A DNA stretch of 64,000 bases, taken from NCBI GenBank assembly GCA_964455875.1, contig CAYVYZ010000002.1:655-64654 (forward strand), given 5' to 3'. The translations under genes were made by a program, and so were the position numbers. Position 1 is the first letter of the stretch, and each line of letters begins with the position of its first letter. Origin of the DNA: an uncultured Planctomycetia bacterium (lineage in GTDB: Bacteria > Omnitrophota > Gorgyraeia > Duberdicusellales > 4484-171). Positions 9,296-18,815 of the stretch are shown here, one piece after another. The notes under the pieces were generated by a model, which worked only from the letters and a program-made list of their open reading frames with translations, was not told the DNA's origin and searched no databases.

Positions 9296-9859
9296 TTAGC
9301 CTTTTAATAGTTTAAATAGTTCTTTAGCCCTTTCTTTAGTAATACTGTTTTCGTATACTGGTTGTTGAGATGCTTCTACAAATAAGTCTTCGTTTATATT
9401 ATATCCGCTTTTAAGCATCGCTTGTGTGTCTTTAACCAGCTTCATCTCTGTTGGTGTCATAGAAACACCATCACTCTCATAATCTGGTTTTCTTCCTTCA
9501 GATAACTTTTCGGCTTCATATCTCTTTATAAGCCTACCGCTTCTTCCTTCTTCAACGATTTTTCTAATAGCCACTTCAACATCAATATTTCCATTAGTTA
9601 ATTGAATAAGTTGTTTATTCAAGTTCTCTGTTGGAAAGAATATTACTTTCCCAGTGTATGGTGTTGGCATTGGTGTTCTTTCCTTTCCTTCTCTTACTTT
9701 AGCATTCTCCACGAAACCAAACCATAAATACCACTCACCAAATTTTCCTTGCCCAGTCTTCACTGGTGCGGCACAATCAAGTTTTATTTTGACCGGGTCT
9801 CCAAGTAAAGGAATATCTTTCAAATCAAGTATTGGATTAATCTCTTTTTCGTTTGGCAT
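9296..9859 (-). CDS. hypothetical protein, possibly an OB-fold or ssDNA-binding protein
   Basis: 187 aa. GQGKFGEWYLWFGFVEN is the only hint. Confidence 0.35.
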   Translation of the reverse strand: MPNEKEINPILDLKDIPLLGDPVKIKLDCAAPVKTGQGKFGEWYLWFGFVENAKVREGKERTPMPTPYTGKVIFFPTENLNKQLIQLTNGNIDVEVAIRKIVEEGRSGRLIKRYEAEKLSEGRKPDYESDGVSMTPTEMKLVKDTQAMLKSGYNINEDLFVEASQQPVYENSITKERAKELFKLLKG

Positions 9860-10157
9860 TTTCTTTTTCCTCCTTTATTTTATCCACACAATCTTGACAC
9901 AATCCTACGAATGCGATAACTCCCTTGTCTGTTTTAGATGCTTCTCTTAAATATAGTGGTTCTGATGTTATATCAACTTCTTTCTTACAACCAAAACAAA
10001 CACCATCTTCTTTCAGCTTTTTATTAACCGCATCCCATAGAAATCCCATCTCTCCTAAACTCTGTTCTACGGCTTTTTCATCGATTTTATCTATTTGAGT
10101 AACTTCCTTATTATCACTATCCTTTAAAAAATCATCCAGTTCTTTATCAGAAACCAT
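9837..10157 (-). CDS. hypothetical zinc-binding protein
   Basis: CFGC...CQDC pairs. Confidence 0.4.
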   Translation of the reverse strand: MVSDKELDDFLKDSDNKEVTQIDKIDEKAVEQSLGEMGFLWDAVNKKLKEDGVCFGCKKEVDITSEPLYLREASKTDKGVIAFVGLCQDCVDKIKEEKENAKRKRD

Positions 10158-10207
10158 TTTTTCTCACCTATTATAATGTCTTTTTATAACATCATTAAGG
10201 AATATTG

Positions 10208-10248
10208 GGGTCCCTCTTGAAAAAAACCCGGAGGTGGTAGAGGGACCC
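10208..10248. terminator. GC-rich hairpin (10-bp stem) abutting the glutaredoxin stop codon
   Basis: gggtccctct...agagggaccc, followed by ttttgg on the + strand and with a U-run inside the loop on the - strand. It is the strongest GC hairpin in this AT-rich block. Confidence 0.35.
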
Positions 10249-10499
10249 TAGGTTTTGGAGGGGCAATGAGTGTTATTAAACAAACTATCGTAAGTTTCTT
10301 GGTCGAAACCAATTATTTTCTTCTTACCTATAAAAAGAACAGGTATTTTCTTCTCACCTACTTTCTCTATAAAATCTTGTGGGTTATCCTGAATATTTAT
10401 AAAACTATAAAAAATTTTTTTCTCGTCTAAATATTTTTTTGCTAACAAACAAGCAGGACAATATTCTGCGCCATAAAGAGTAACTTTTTCAACATTCAT
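10248..10499 (-). CDS. glutaredoxin / NrdH-like redoxin
   Basis: VTLYGAEYCPACLLAKKYLDEKKI...IPVLFIGKKKIIGF. The start was trimmed to an internal Met that abuts the upstream gene. Confidence 0.7.
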   Translation of the reverse strand: MNVEKVTLYGAEYCPACLLAKKYLDEKKIFYSFINIQDNPQDFIEKVGEKKIPVLFIGKKKIIGFDQETYDSLFNNTHCPSKT

Positions 10500-10500
10500 T

Positions 10501-11277
10501 TTAATATTTTTTGAACTGGTTTTCAAACACATCGTAAGGAACAGCGTGTGAAATTCCTTGATTGTCATTATAAGAAATAACTATTCCAACAAACCTTAGT
10601 TCGTTTTTTCGCTTCACAAAAACAGGTCCTCCACTATAACCTCCTCTTACCACCTCGTCTAAACACACGCGAATTTCTCCGGTATCCTTATTATGTATTA
10701 TCGCGGTAATGTTGCTTTTTTTTATTACCCTGAATCTACCACCGGGGTAACCACCAATATAACACTCTTCGCCTATAATAAGGTTTTTATAAGATATTGG
10801 GGGTGTTCTGTATGCTTTGTACTTATCTTTTTTTGTGCTTATAATTGCGTAATCCTTTTCTAAGTCAAGTCTCTCAAGTTTTCCTTCAAGTGTTTCTCCA
10901 TACATATCCACAACAACCTTTTCATGTGATTGAACATCAGATAACAATGGGTGTTGTGGCTTAAGCAGGTGACCAGCAGTTATGTAATAACTTCTATTAC
11001 CCCCATCTTTAAAATTGTATAACGAACCAGATACCTTTCTATCGAAAAACACACCCCTGGCTTTTCCTGTTAAACGAACAGTAAATTTATATACATTCTC
11101 AAAAGCACTATTCCAACGTCTTAATCTATCGTTTTCGTCACGACTAACTTCTTGAAATTCTTGGTCTTGTTTTAAATAATTATCAAGAGTTTGTGTGTTA
11201 GCACCGTTTTCTGGCATATACGATGTTGACAAACCAATAATCGCGCAACCTATTAAAAACTTTTTTAACCTATTCAT
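10501..11277 (-). CDS. secreted trypsin-like (S1) serine protease, lipoprotein
   Basis: A signal peptide with a lipobox (MNRLKKFLIGCAIIG). TAGHLL is the His region and GGYSGGPVF is the GDSGGP-like Ser region. Confidence 0.65.
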   Translation of the reverse strand: MNRLKKFLIGCAIIGLSTSYMPENGANTQTLDNYLKQDQEFQEVSRDENDRLRRWNSAFENVYKFTVRLTGKARGVFFDRKVSGSLYNFKDGGNRSYYITAGHLLKPQHPLLSDVQSHEKVVVDMYGETLEGKLERLDLEKDYAIISTKKDKYKAYRTPPISYKNLIIGEECYIGGYPGGRFRVIKKSNITAIIHNKDTGEIRVCLDEVVRGGYSGGPVFVKRKNELRFVGIVISYNDNQGISHAVPYDVFENQFKKY

Positions 11278-11292
11278 TTGACCCTATAAATA

Positions 11293-11601
11293 TTATTTCT
11301 TCAATCTTTTGGCTTTACTCCCACTCTTCACTTTTTTTCTACCGCCAGAAGCCTGAAAGTTTTTACCTCTCTGATGCTTTTTTTCATGTATAGACCTTCC
11401 TTTTCCCTTAAGCTTATACTTTATTAAATTAGAAGGCGTATTATGAGTTCTGTCACCATCCTTATGATGAACTCCTTCACCAGGCTTGGCGTTTACTATT
11501 CTTCTGTAACTTCTTCTACCATCCTTGTACGCTGGGTTTTTCTTCCCTATCATAGCCCTAGAAATCTTTTTTCTTGTCGAAATTTTTTGAGGTCTTCCCA
11601 T
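11293..11601 (-). CDS. HNH endonuclease
   Basis: GRPQKISTRKKIS (NUMOD-like) together with VHHKDGDRTHNTPSNL (HNH). Confidence 0.6.
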   Translation of the reverse strand: MGRPQKISTRKKISRAMIGKKNPAYKDGRRSYRRIVNAKPGEGVHHKDGDRTHNTPSNLIKYKLKGKGRSIHEKKHQRGKNFQASGGRKKVKSGSKAKRLKK

Positions 11602-11752
11602 TTTAATCAACCAAAAATACACTAACAACAAACGTATAAACAAATTTTATACAAATAACATATTTTTATTGTTATTAACCATTCTGGGAATGATGCTAAA
11701 AAAATAAACAAATCACAATGATACCTAAAAGTTTTTTAATAAGACTCCTATC

Positions 11753-12043
11753 TCACATATTCCTAATTATTCGTTTTTGCCCACCACTAGCCATTAATCC
11801 CTTTGCTCGCTCCCTTTCATATATCTCTTCAGGAGACATATCGTCTTTCTTAGTTGTGGCTTGTTTATTAATATTGGCTTTATCGGGCAAAACACCAGTA
11901 GTCTTTACCGGACCTAAAAATTCTTTAAAATTAATATTGAGTGTCGCTTTAAGATTTTTAACGTTAAACTTAACTGCTTTAACACCGTTATAAGACCTTC
12001 TGATAAGGGCTTCAATATCGTCCTTATTTAACACGATTTCCAT
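11753..12043 (-). CDS. hypothetical protein
   Basis: The start is uncertain; the ORF was trimmed to an internal Met to avoid overlap. Confidence 0.3.
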   Translation of the reverse strand: MEIVLNKDDIEALIRRSYNGVKAVKFNVKNLKATLNINFKEFLGPVKTTGVLPDKANINKQATTKKDDMSPEEIYERERAKGLMASGGQKRIIRNM

Positions 12044-12086
12044 CTGTATCACCAATAGACATAATATACTATGATAGTTCTCATAT

Positions 12087-12440
12087 TTAAATCTTTCGGT
12101 TTGTATTAGGAGCACGCCTCAAATCCGTCTGTCCAGCTAATAACTCACAAACCCGTTCTTCACCTTCATTAGTGTAATTATCTGGGGTAAAACCACGTGT
12201 GCCAATCTCAAGATGAACTTCTTCATGAACCACTGTTTTTACTATCTCATCTATTAATTTATCTTCTTGTAAACAAACTCCTAATAATCTCCAGTAATCA
12301 TTACTAAGATTAATAATGGACTTATCTAATCTAACACAAGCTAATCCTTTAAACTCTTTTGGTTTAGAACCATTAACGGTTTTAAAATTATATTTCTTCA
12401 TATATTTGCTCATGTTGGTCGTGATGATGTGTTCTCTCAT
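12087..12440 (-). CDS. hypothetical protein with an HExxH motif, possibly a SprT-like metalloprotease
   Basis: VVHEEVHLEIG. Confidence 0.35.
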   Translation of the reverse strand: MREHIITTNMSKYMKKYNFKTVNGSKPKEFKGLACVRLDKSIINLSNDYWRLLGVCLQEDKLIDEIVKTVVHEEVHLEIGTRGFTPDNYTNEGEERVCELLAGQTDLRRAPNTNRKI

Positions 12441-12441
12441 T

Positions 12442-12765
12442 TTAAATTAAACCCACATCATTAATACTTTTATCGTCTATATAGACGTCGGCGGCTGGCT
12501 TGCCAAATATTAATTTATGATATTTCACACCCCATTCTTTTAACTGTTTCTTTGTTAGTTCGGTTAAATCCCTACCACTATCCATTCCTCTAGCAGTAAA
12601 ATAAATAATGGTGTGTCCCTCATCATAGAGTTTGTTCAGCTTTGCTATCTTATCTTTGAAAGGTTTTGCATCCGGGTAATCCCAATCTCCCTTCTTCTTA
12701 GTAGAGACTAACGAACAAATAGTGCCGTCAATATCTACACAATATCTAGTCAAGTTCTCACCCAC
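12442..12765 (-). CDS. HAD-superfamily phosphatase (5'-nucleotidase-like)
   Basis: YCVDIDGTIC (the DxDGT motif), IYFTARG and GKPAADVYIDDK. Confidence 0.6.
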   Translation of the reverse strand: MGENLTRYCVDIDGTICSLVSTKKKGDWDYPDAKPFKDKIAKLNKLYDEGHTIIYFTARGMDSGRDLTELTKKQLKEWGVKYHKLIFGKPAADVYIDDKSINDVGLI

Positions 12766-12770
12766 CGTTT

Positions 12771-13025
12771 CTATTCATCGTCTTCAGTATTGCTTACTTT
12801 AATATCAAGGTATTGGTTTGTGTGTTTATCATTAAAAACAGCAAAGTAATCTCTCAACTCATTAAATAAGTTTTTAAAAGCTATTTGCTCTGCCTTTGTT
12901 CCATTTTTATCATCTATAATTTCTGGAATTTCTATAACAAATTCTTTATGTCCTTCATCACTACTTGTTTCAACATAGTATCCGTTAATTGTCTTCTTAA
13001 TATGACATTCCCAATTATATTTCAT
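12771..13025 (-). CDS. hypothetical protein
   Basis: 84 aa. Confidence 0.35.
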   Translation of the reverse strand: MKYNWECHIKKTINGYYVETSSDEGHKEFVIEIPEIIDDKNGTKAEQIAFKNLFNELRDYFAVFNDKHTNQYLDIKVSNTEDDE

Positions 13026-13038
13026 TTTTTTCCCTCAC

Positions 13039-13392
13039 TCACAATTCATAATCTTCGTCTAATACCTCTAAAGCATCTAAATAAAATATTTCTAATTCTT
13101 CAGGATACTTCTTAGTTTTTTGTAGCGCCTCGGCTATCTCTTCTGTTTTTAATATTTCATAGATAGCGAAATTATCCAAGTCTAATATGTCCGCTCTCTT
13201 TCCGTTTTTAAAAATTGCTTCTGTAACGATTTTCCTACCGTCTTTTATCAACATATAGGCTACCTTACATTTCGCTAATTCGTGTTCTATGCTATTTGTA
13301 GTGTTTATACGCACAGAATTAATATCGACTCTAAAACTATTACTTAATAATCTCATACACCTATTTCTTCGTGCTTGTTTTTTAAAAACCAC
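13039..13392 (-). CDS. hypothetical protein, possibly a PD-(D/E)xK nuclease
   Basis: IEHE...RADILDLD...YEILK. Confidence 0.3.
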   Translation of the reverse strand: MVFKKQARRNRCMRLLSNSFRVDINSVRINTTNSIEHELAKCKVAYMLIKDGRKIVTEAIFKNGKRADILDLDNFAIYEILKTEEIAEALQKTKKYPEELEIFYLDALEVLDEDYEL

Positions 13393-13629
13393 TTTTAACC
13401 ATTTTAAAAAGAGTATTAGTCTTCAGTTATTCATTCATTCACCATCTCAAACCACAACTCATCTATTGCTTCCTTCTTTTCTTTCGTATTATCCATTTTT
13501 TCTTTTTTAGTCATTTTTATCTTCTTTTACTACATCTTTAAATACTTTTCAATATGTTGATATTCTATATCTCCAAACTAGGGTATATATTGTTTCTTCT
13601 TTTCACCCATGTTTTTCTTTTGGTTCTTT

Positions 13630-13824
13630 TTAGGCTCCTGCAACCATATGCGTCCCACATTTAGGACAAACCATTCCTGAACAGGGTACTCCTCTCTGGT
13701 GGGTTGCTTTTGTCCCGCAACTTGGGCAAACACAGTTTGTTGGTCCGCCAAAGCCTCGCCTTGGCAATCCTCTTCCTCCTCTTTGAGGACCTACCAACGG
13801 ACCTCTAGTGTTTCTTCCTGGCAT
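13630..13824 (-). CDS. CPxCG-type zinc-ribbon mini-protein with an RG-rich N-terminus
   Basis: A GC-rich island encodes MPGRNTRGPLVGPQRGGRGLPRRGFGG followed by CPSCG...CPKCG. Confidence 0.45.
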   Translation of the reverse strand: MPGRNTRGPLVGPQRGGRGLPRRGFGGPTNCVCPSCGTKATHQRGVPCSGMVCPKCGTHMVAGA

Positions 13825-13834
13825 TTTTTCACCT

Positions 13835-14632
13835 CTATATCTGTATTTGATTATTCTTTAATCTCCCACCAAACTTCCAATTACACAACCCCCACTCAGC
13901 CCCATAATTACTTCCAAGTAGCTTCATAGGTTTGCTGGGAAGTGTGTCAAGGGTAGACTCAAAAATATACCAGCCTTCACCCCAGTTAACTATTGGGTAT
14001 GAATGTCCAAATTTGGACCCGTCTTTCTTCCTCACATAACCACAAGCATTAAACACTTCATTAGCTTTGAACCCTGCTTCCTTTGCTAAGTCAAGAAAGA
14101 GGATTGTGCCGTCCTCACAATCGCCTTTGGTATAAGCGAGGCTAATCGTACTAAATCTCCAGTCCTCACCATCATCAAATTCATAAGTAAGAGCATTAAT
14201 AACATATTCCCAGATTTTCATAGCACACGCCTTCTTATCCTGTTGGTATAATGTTCTTAAATGATATTTGTCTGCTAACATCTTAATATGAGGAGTCACG
14301 CTATAGATATGTGTGGGTTGTAAAACTATTTGCTTCGACCCAGTCTTAGTGACTATCTTGCTTTTTGGTTGATAAGGCATCACATTATTTAAAAAATCAG
14401 GTTTTTCAATATTATTATCATTTAATTCTTGTTGTAAGTATTCTAAAGCATCGTTTAAGGCACCAATCTCGTTCTGGTTTTCCTCTATCTGAGCCTTTAA
14501 CGAATTAATCATATTATTTAAATCCTGAATAATATCTATATGCCTTTCCAGTTCATCAGAGGTATCGTATTTTACATCGCCTTTAAACAGAATTTTCCAA
14601 ATGAGGTCTTTTATGTTTAACATCATTAACAC
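13835..14632 (-). CDS. transglutaminase-like cysteine-protease domain protein with an N-terminal coiled coil
   Basis: GDCEDGTILFLDLAKEAGF...GHSYPIVNW...WYIFESTLD (Cys-His-Asp). Confidence 0.5.
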   Translation of the reverse strand: MLMMLNIKDLIWKILFKGDVKYDTSDELERHIDIIQDLNNMINSLKAQIEENQNEIGALNDALEYLQQELNDNNIEKPDFLNNVMPYQPKSKIVTKTGSKQIVLQPTHIYSVTPHIKMLADKYHLRTLYQQDKKACAMKIWEYVINALTYEFDDGEDWRFSTISLAYTKGDCEDGTILFLDLAKEAGFKANEVFNACGYVRKKDGSKFGHSYPIVNWGEGWYIFESTLDTLPSKPMKLLGSNYGAEWGLCNWKFGGRLKNNQIQI

Positions 14633-14846
14633 CGTTATACATTTTAACAGCTTCTATATGATAACAATGAGTATTCCTAATATTACCACAGCTACAAGTA
14701 TATTTGTCCTTCATAATATTATAAACAACATCATAAATTTCTCCAGAAAGTCCTTTCACAATATATCTTTTCCAAAATAACCCGTCATATAATAAGAAAA
14801 TGTTTTCACCCGTTACTAGCATCCTCGCTTTCTCTGTTTTCTTCAC
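14583..14846 (-). CDS. hypothetical Cys/His-rich protein
   Basis: CSCGNIRNTHCYH. Confidence 0.35.
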   Translation of the reverse strand: MKKTEKARMLVTGENIFLLYDGLFWKRYIVKGLSGEIYDVVYNIMKDKYTCSCGNIRNTHCYHIEAVKMYNGVNDVKHKRPHLENSV

Positions 14847-14914
14847 CTAAATCACCAGTTAAAATAAAGATGTGCTATAATATGTATGAAACTTCTTATT
14901 TATAAAGTTTTCGA

Positions 14915-14975
14915 AAAGAATTCGGATTATGCCTCAGGTTAATCCATAGCTTTCAATCATAATCCTTCTATAGGA
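14915..14975. other. inverted repeat inside a 220-nt intergenic spacer
   Basis: ggattatg ... cataatcc with a spacer of about 28 nt. The flanking DNA is A/T-rich. Confidence 0.25.
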
Positions 14976-15069
14976 TTTTTGCGCGGTTTTACAGTACCCA
15001 CTATAGTTTATAAACCTTTTTGTTTTTTTTTCACAGCCTACATTTAAGAAAATTTTTCTACACACCAGA

Positions 15070-15408
15070 CTAATAATAACAATATCTGGTCTTGGTTCTC
15101 CGCATATCTAAGATGTAATTGTATTTATCAAGCAAGGCGTCGATGTAATACCCCTTTCTCTCATAGAATTCTAATCTATCAAGGTATAACCTAGCATAAT
15201 CACTAACATCCTTAAAATAGGAATCTATGATTTTTAGAAGGAGCCAATCCATATACCATAAATCGTATTTATCAAGTATAACTTTTCTTTTCTTTAAATC
15301 ATTGAAGGTAAGCTTCTTTTCTTTTGGCTCTTTTTCCTTCATAGCCTCTTTTACAATTTCCATTAATGTTTTATTCTCCGGATTTCCCCCCACCTTAATC
15401 TTTCCCAT
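15070..15408 (-). CDS. hypothetical protein
   Basis: 112 aa. Confidence 0.35.
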   Translation of the reverse strand: MGKIKVGGNPENKTLMEIVKEAMKEKEPKEKKLTFNDLKKRKVILDKYDLWYMDWLLLKIIDSYFKDVSDYARLYLDRLEFYERKGYYIDALLDKYNYILDMRRTKTRYCYY

Positions 15409-15688
15409 AGTCCTTTAAACGGGAAAAATGAAGTTTATATAAAGGTTCGCCTACCTTACTTATTTTTTTGGTGAAAAAATAGAGGTTGCCCTTCTTGTCT
15501 TTATAAAAATAAATTCCGGCTACCTTGTTATAAAAGTGTAGCCCAACATCTACAAGCTCCTTTTTACTGAGCAATCCTTTTTCCTTAATCCTTTCTTCAA
15601 GGCTTTTACCACTAATTAAACCTGTCATTTCCCCTATAATATCTTTTAATATAACTTCTCCTATATAAAGCTTTTGATTCGGCGTCAT
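15395..15688 (-). CDS. hypothetical protein
   Basis: 97 aa. Confidence 0.35.
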   Translation of the reverse strand: MTPNQKLYIGEVILKDIIGEMTGLISGKSLEERIKEKGLLSKKELVDVGLHFYNKVAGIYFYKDKKGNLYFFTKKISKVGEPLYKLHFSRLKDYGKD

Positions 15689-15785
15689 TCTGACCTTTCT
15701 TCGCCTTCTTTCAGTTTAAAGAATCCGCTATCTCCTATTTCTTCCTTTATTTTTCTCTTTATTTGTTTTAGAAGGTAGTCAAAAC

Positions 15786-16124
15786 TCATTTTTTAAACCC
15801 ATCAAAGGTAACTCTGAGAGTTCCTTCATAGAAGGAGATGAAACTTGGAACAACATAATCAAAATCCTTCACAAATTTTTTGTTATCCTCAAGTATCTTA
15901 AATATTAGCTTGTCAAGGGCGTTGTTCAACATCATATATGGGATAGTAAATAGATTTCCTTCACTCATTTTACTAAAAGATAATATGTTTTTAAAAACAT
16001 CCTTTTTTATTTTTATTTCTAAATCAAAGGTGGAAACAAGCTTCATCTTCGGTTTAGAAAGAAAGTCCCTTACATTAATCCAATTGTGGGCGGTCGCAAA
16101 AATTTGAAATTTATCTTTAACCAT
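15786..16124 (-). CDS. hypothetical protein
   Basis: 112 aa. Confidence 0.35.
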   Translation of the reverse strand: MVKDKFQIFATAHNWINVRDFLSKPKMKLVSTFDLEIKIKKDVFKNILSFSKMSEGNLFTIPYMMLNNALDKLIFKILEDNKKFVKDFDYVVPSFISFYEGTLRVTFDGFKK

Positions 16125-16279
16125 TCTTTCACCTTTTTAATATCGTCTTTACTTATAGAAGAAAAAATTATTCCTAATGCAATAGGGAGTAATCCTATTC
16201 CGAATAAGAAATGTATTTTAAATAGGATGAGTATTCCTGCTATTGCCCCAAACACATTCCAATAATCCGTTTTATTCAT
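16070..16279 (-). CDS. hypothetical small membrane protein
   Basis: Two hydrophobic helices. Confidence 0.35.
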   Translation of the reverse strand: MNKTDYWNVFGAIAGILILFKIHFLFGIGLLPIALGIIFSSISKDDIKKVKEWLKINFKFLRPPTIGLM

Positions 16280-16349
16280 ATCCCCATATATGTTATTTCT
16301 ACTATATAAACTTTACGATTTTAGGATATGAAAAAGAAAAGAAGGAGAG

Positions 16350-16598
16350 TTAACCCCTCCTTCTTTTATATTGACTTCTTTTCTTTTCCTCTTCCATTTT
16401 CTCTAATACGGCGTCGAGAAATGCCTCTGTGTCGTCATCCTCATAATAGAAGGGGTCTCTCACCGTTCCAAGCTTATCTCTTGTTCCCAGTTGAGTATAA
16501 TTATATAATAGTTGGAAGAACCTCATATCTGGGTGTAATGTCCAGAGTTTCCCTATCTTATAAAGTATTCTTTCAATTCTTTTTGGGTCCTGTGCCAT
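16350..16598 (-). CDS. hypothetical protein
   Basis: 82 aa. Confidence 0.35.
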   Translation of the reverse strand: MAQDPKRIERILYKIGKLWTLHPDMRFFQLLYNYTQLGTRDKLGTVRDPFYYEDDDTEAFLDAVLEKMEEEKKRSQYKRRRG

Positions 16599-16611
16599 AA
16601 AAACACCCTAT

Positions 16612-16884
16612 TTACTTCTTTATTATTTCCTTCCAATTAGTTATTTTATCAGGAATATGGAGGAAGTGTTTCTTTAAAAATTTTTTATTCATAAACCAAT
16701 GCCCCGCCCCATTTTTATCATCATCTAAAACAACATCGTATAGTTCTTCCCCATATCGTATAAGAAAAAATGTTTTTTTCAGGTATTCCTCTATATCTTT
16801 CTCTGGGAACTCCCAATTACTTTTGTCCGTGCTTTTATTTAGTTTGAAACGCATACCTACTTTTAGTTTTTTTGGGAAAGACAT
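16612..16884 (-). CDS. NWK-tail family small protein (member 1)
   Basis: Ends in ...KITNWKEIIKK. Confidence 0.5.
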   Translation of the reverse strand: MSFPKKLKVGMRFKLNKSTDKSNWEFPEKDIEEYLKKTFFLIRYGEELYDVVLDDDKNGAGHWFMNKKFLKKHFLHIPDKITNWKEIIKK

Positions 16885-16952
16885 AAGACCACCTTTTCTG
16901 ATGAAAATAGTAGCAAGGAGCTACACCCCAGTGGGAGTGTATATCCTTGCTT

Positions 16953-17165
16953 TTACTGGTTTTGTCCTCTTTTGGATAAATCATAACGGAGTTCATACTC
17001 CCATTGGCAGAGTTTCCTATCAATAATATCTTCTATCTCATTAATAGCGTCCCCAACACTATCATATTTATCCTCATACCCATAATCACTTGCCTTTTTA
17101 TTAATCTCTATCATCCTCTTAACAAAATTGGTTATGTTAAGGGAGATATTTTTAATTTCTTCCAT
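16953..17165 (-). CDS. hypothetical protein
   Basis: 70 aa. Confidence 0.3.
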   Translation of the reverse strand: MEEIKNISLNITNFVKRMIEINKKASDYGYEDKYDSVGDAINEIEDIIDRKLCQWEYELRYDLSKRGQNQ

Positions 17166-17457
17166 TTTTTAACACCTGCTTCCAATTAGTAATAATGTTT
17201 TTTAGTTTAAGCCTACCACTTCTAACATAATACTTTCCTCCTTTAAATTCGTATTTTGGAACAGGTTCAAGTGGTTTGTTTTTATTACTCCTCCACATGA
17301 TAAATTCCACAAAATACCATTTCTCACCGGGGTTAATTTTAGGTAAATTACGACCGCCTATTCCTATAATTTTACCATAAGACCCTGTTTGAATACCACA
17401 AAGTTTTTCATCCTTACATACTTCAACCATATCACCTATTTTGAATTCTCCACACAT
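17152..17457 (-). CDS. NWK-tail family small protein (member 2)
   Basis: Has the FKIGDMVEV element and ends in ...ITNWKQVLKNGRN. Confidence 0.5.
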   Translation of the reverse strand: MCGEFKIGDMVEVCKDEKLCGIQTGSYGKIIGIGGRNLPKINPGEKWYFVEFIMWRSNKNKPLEPVPKYEFKGGKYYVRSGRLKLKNIITNWKQVLKNGRN

Positions 17458-17564
17458 AATATCACCTTTTAAAGAAGCTATGGTAGGCGAAGAAGTCTTC
17501 TTCGCCTACCAAAAAGCTCCAGAGGGGTTTTACAGGTTTAAGTTTTTAATTCCTCGCTATTTAA

Positions 17565-17909
17565 TCATCTACCTAATATGTTTTTCCAATTATCAATCCT
17601 TTCTATTAACTGATAAATATGTTTAACCCCATCATACCAAACATTTTTTCTTGGATCCCAACCTATATGCCAGGTGTTTCCATATCCAGGAACAGAAAGA
17701 CCTGCTCCATTTTCACCATCATCTCTTAAAACATTAGCAACATTCCCAGAAACACTATGAATTTTACCTGTAAAGCCTATTTTTAGTATTGTGCCATCCG
17801 AACTCACACTACAACCGCACACTCTCATCCCAGGACAAAGTTCTGTTATTTTTTTAATCGGTAATAACTCTCTTCCCTTAAATATTATTTTCTTTCTTTT
17901 TTGTAACAT
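17565..17909 (-). CDS. NWK-tail family small protein (member 3)
   Basis: Ends in ...IDNWKNILGR. The start was trimmed. Confidence 0.45.
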   Translation of the reverse strand: MLQKRKKIIFKGRELLPIKKITELCPGMRVCGCSVSSDGTILKIGFTGKIHSVSGNVANVLRDDGENGAGLSVPGYGNTWHIGWDPRKNVWYDGVKHIYQLIERIDNWKNILGR

Positions 17910-18780
17910 TTTCCTCCTCTCTTTTCTTAATAAAAACTTCAAGGCGTTGCTTACGCAAACTTTCTTCCCATTTTTCCTTCCCACTACAAATATCGGTATA
18001 AGAACACCACCGGCAACGACTACCCTCGTGCTTTGGGTAGTCGTTTAAAACCGTAGAACGAGTTTTATTATATACACCCAGAATGGTATTTCGGGCATAC
18101 ATAAGGAGCGATGGTGTTACCTCCACCAAATATTCCTCACCATACCTAAGGAAAATAACCCCCGCAAAATCAGGGGTTCTTTGGTTTTGGCTTTGGTATA
18201 GAAGGGAGTAGATAGCTAATTGCCTCTTATACTCCTCTGGTAAACCTATACCATACTTGGAACTTGTTTTGTAATCGCCTATAGTGAGTATACCGTTAAA
18301 ATCCTCTGAAACCCTATCAATAAAACCACAACATTTAAGTTTCTCGTCCTTTACATATAATTCTCTGAATTTAGGACGCAACAAGAACCAAGCGTGGGCA
18401 GAATTCTCTGCTTTTTCTGCCTGAATAAGAGCATCAACTTTACGCCTAAAACTAATAAGATATTCATTTAACATAAAAAGTATGTCGGAACGAAAAATGG
18501 ATAATTTGTCCTCTGCCAGCTCTAAATCCTTTATGTTTTGCTCATTATTATTCCACGCCTTCTCAAAACATTCCTTCATATGTTCTGCCATATCCTTCTT
18601 ATGATACTTAAAAAAGTATTCAAGCGCCTCATGAACAACACCCCCTTTTATTAAATGAATGTTTGGCTTAACCTTGATTTTAGCAATATAGGAATAAAAA
18701 TAGTTTCGTGGGCAACTAAGATAGGTGTTTATACTACTTGGGCTCAGAATTTTTTGCGGTTCAAGAATATTTGAACTCAT
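17878..18780 (-). CDS. Cas4/RecB-like PD-(D/E)xK exonuclease with a 4Fe-4S cysteine cluster
   Basis: SCPRNYFY at the N-terminus, then GFIDRV...IGDYKTS and QLAIYSLLY, with CRWCSYTDIC at the C-terminus. Confidence 0.65.
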   Translation of the reverse strand: MSSNILEPQKILSPSSINTYLSCPRNYFYSYIAKIKVKPNIHLIKGGVVHEALEYFFKYHKKDMAEHMKECFEKAWNNNEQNIKDLELAEDKLSIFRSDILFMLNEYLISFRRKVDALIQAEKAENSAHAWFLLRPKFRELYVKDEKLKCCGFIDRVSEDFNGILTIGDYKTSSKYGIGLPEEYKRQLAIYSLLYQSQNQRTPDFAGVIFLRYGEEYLVEVTPSLLMYARNTILGVYNKTRSTVLNDYPKHEGSRCRWCSYTDICSGKEKWEESLRKQRLEVFIKKREEENVTKKKENNI

Positions 18781-18815
18781 GGTTTCCCTTATTTCTTTTA
18801 ATTCAGATATTTTAA

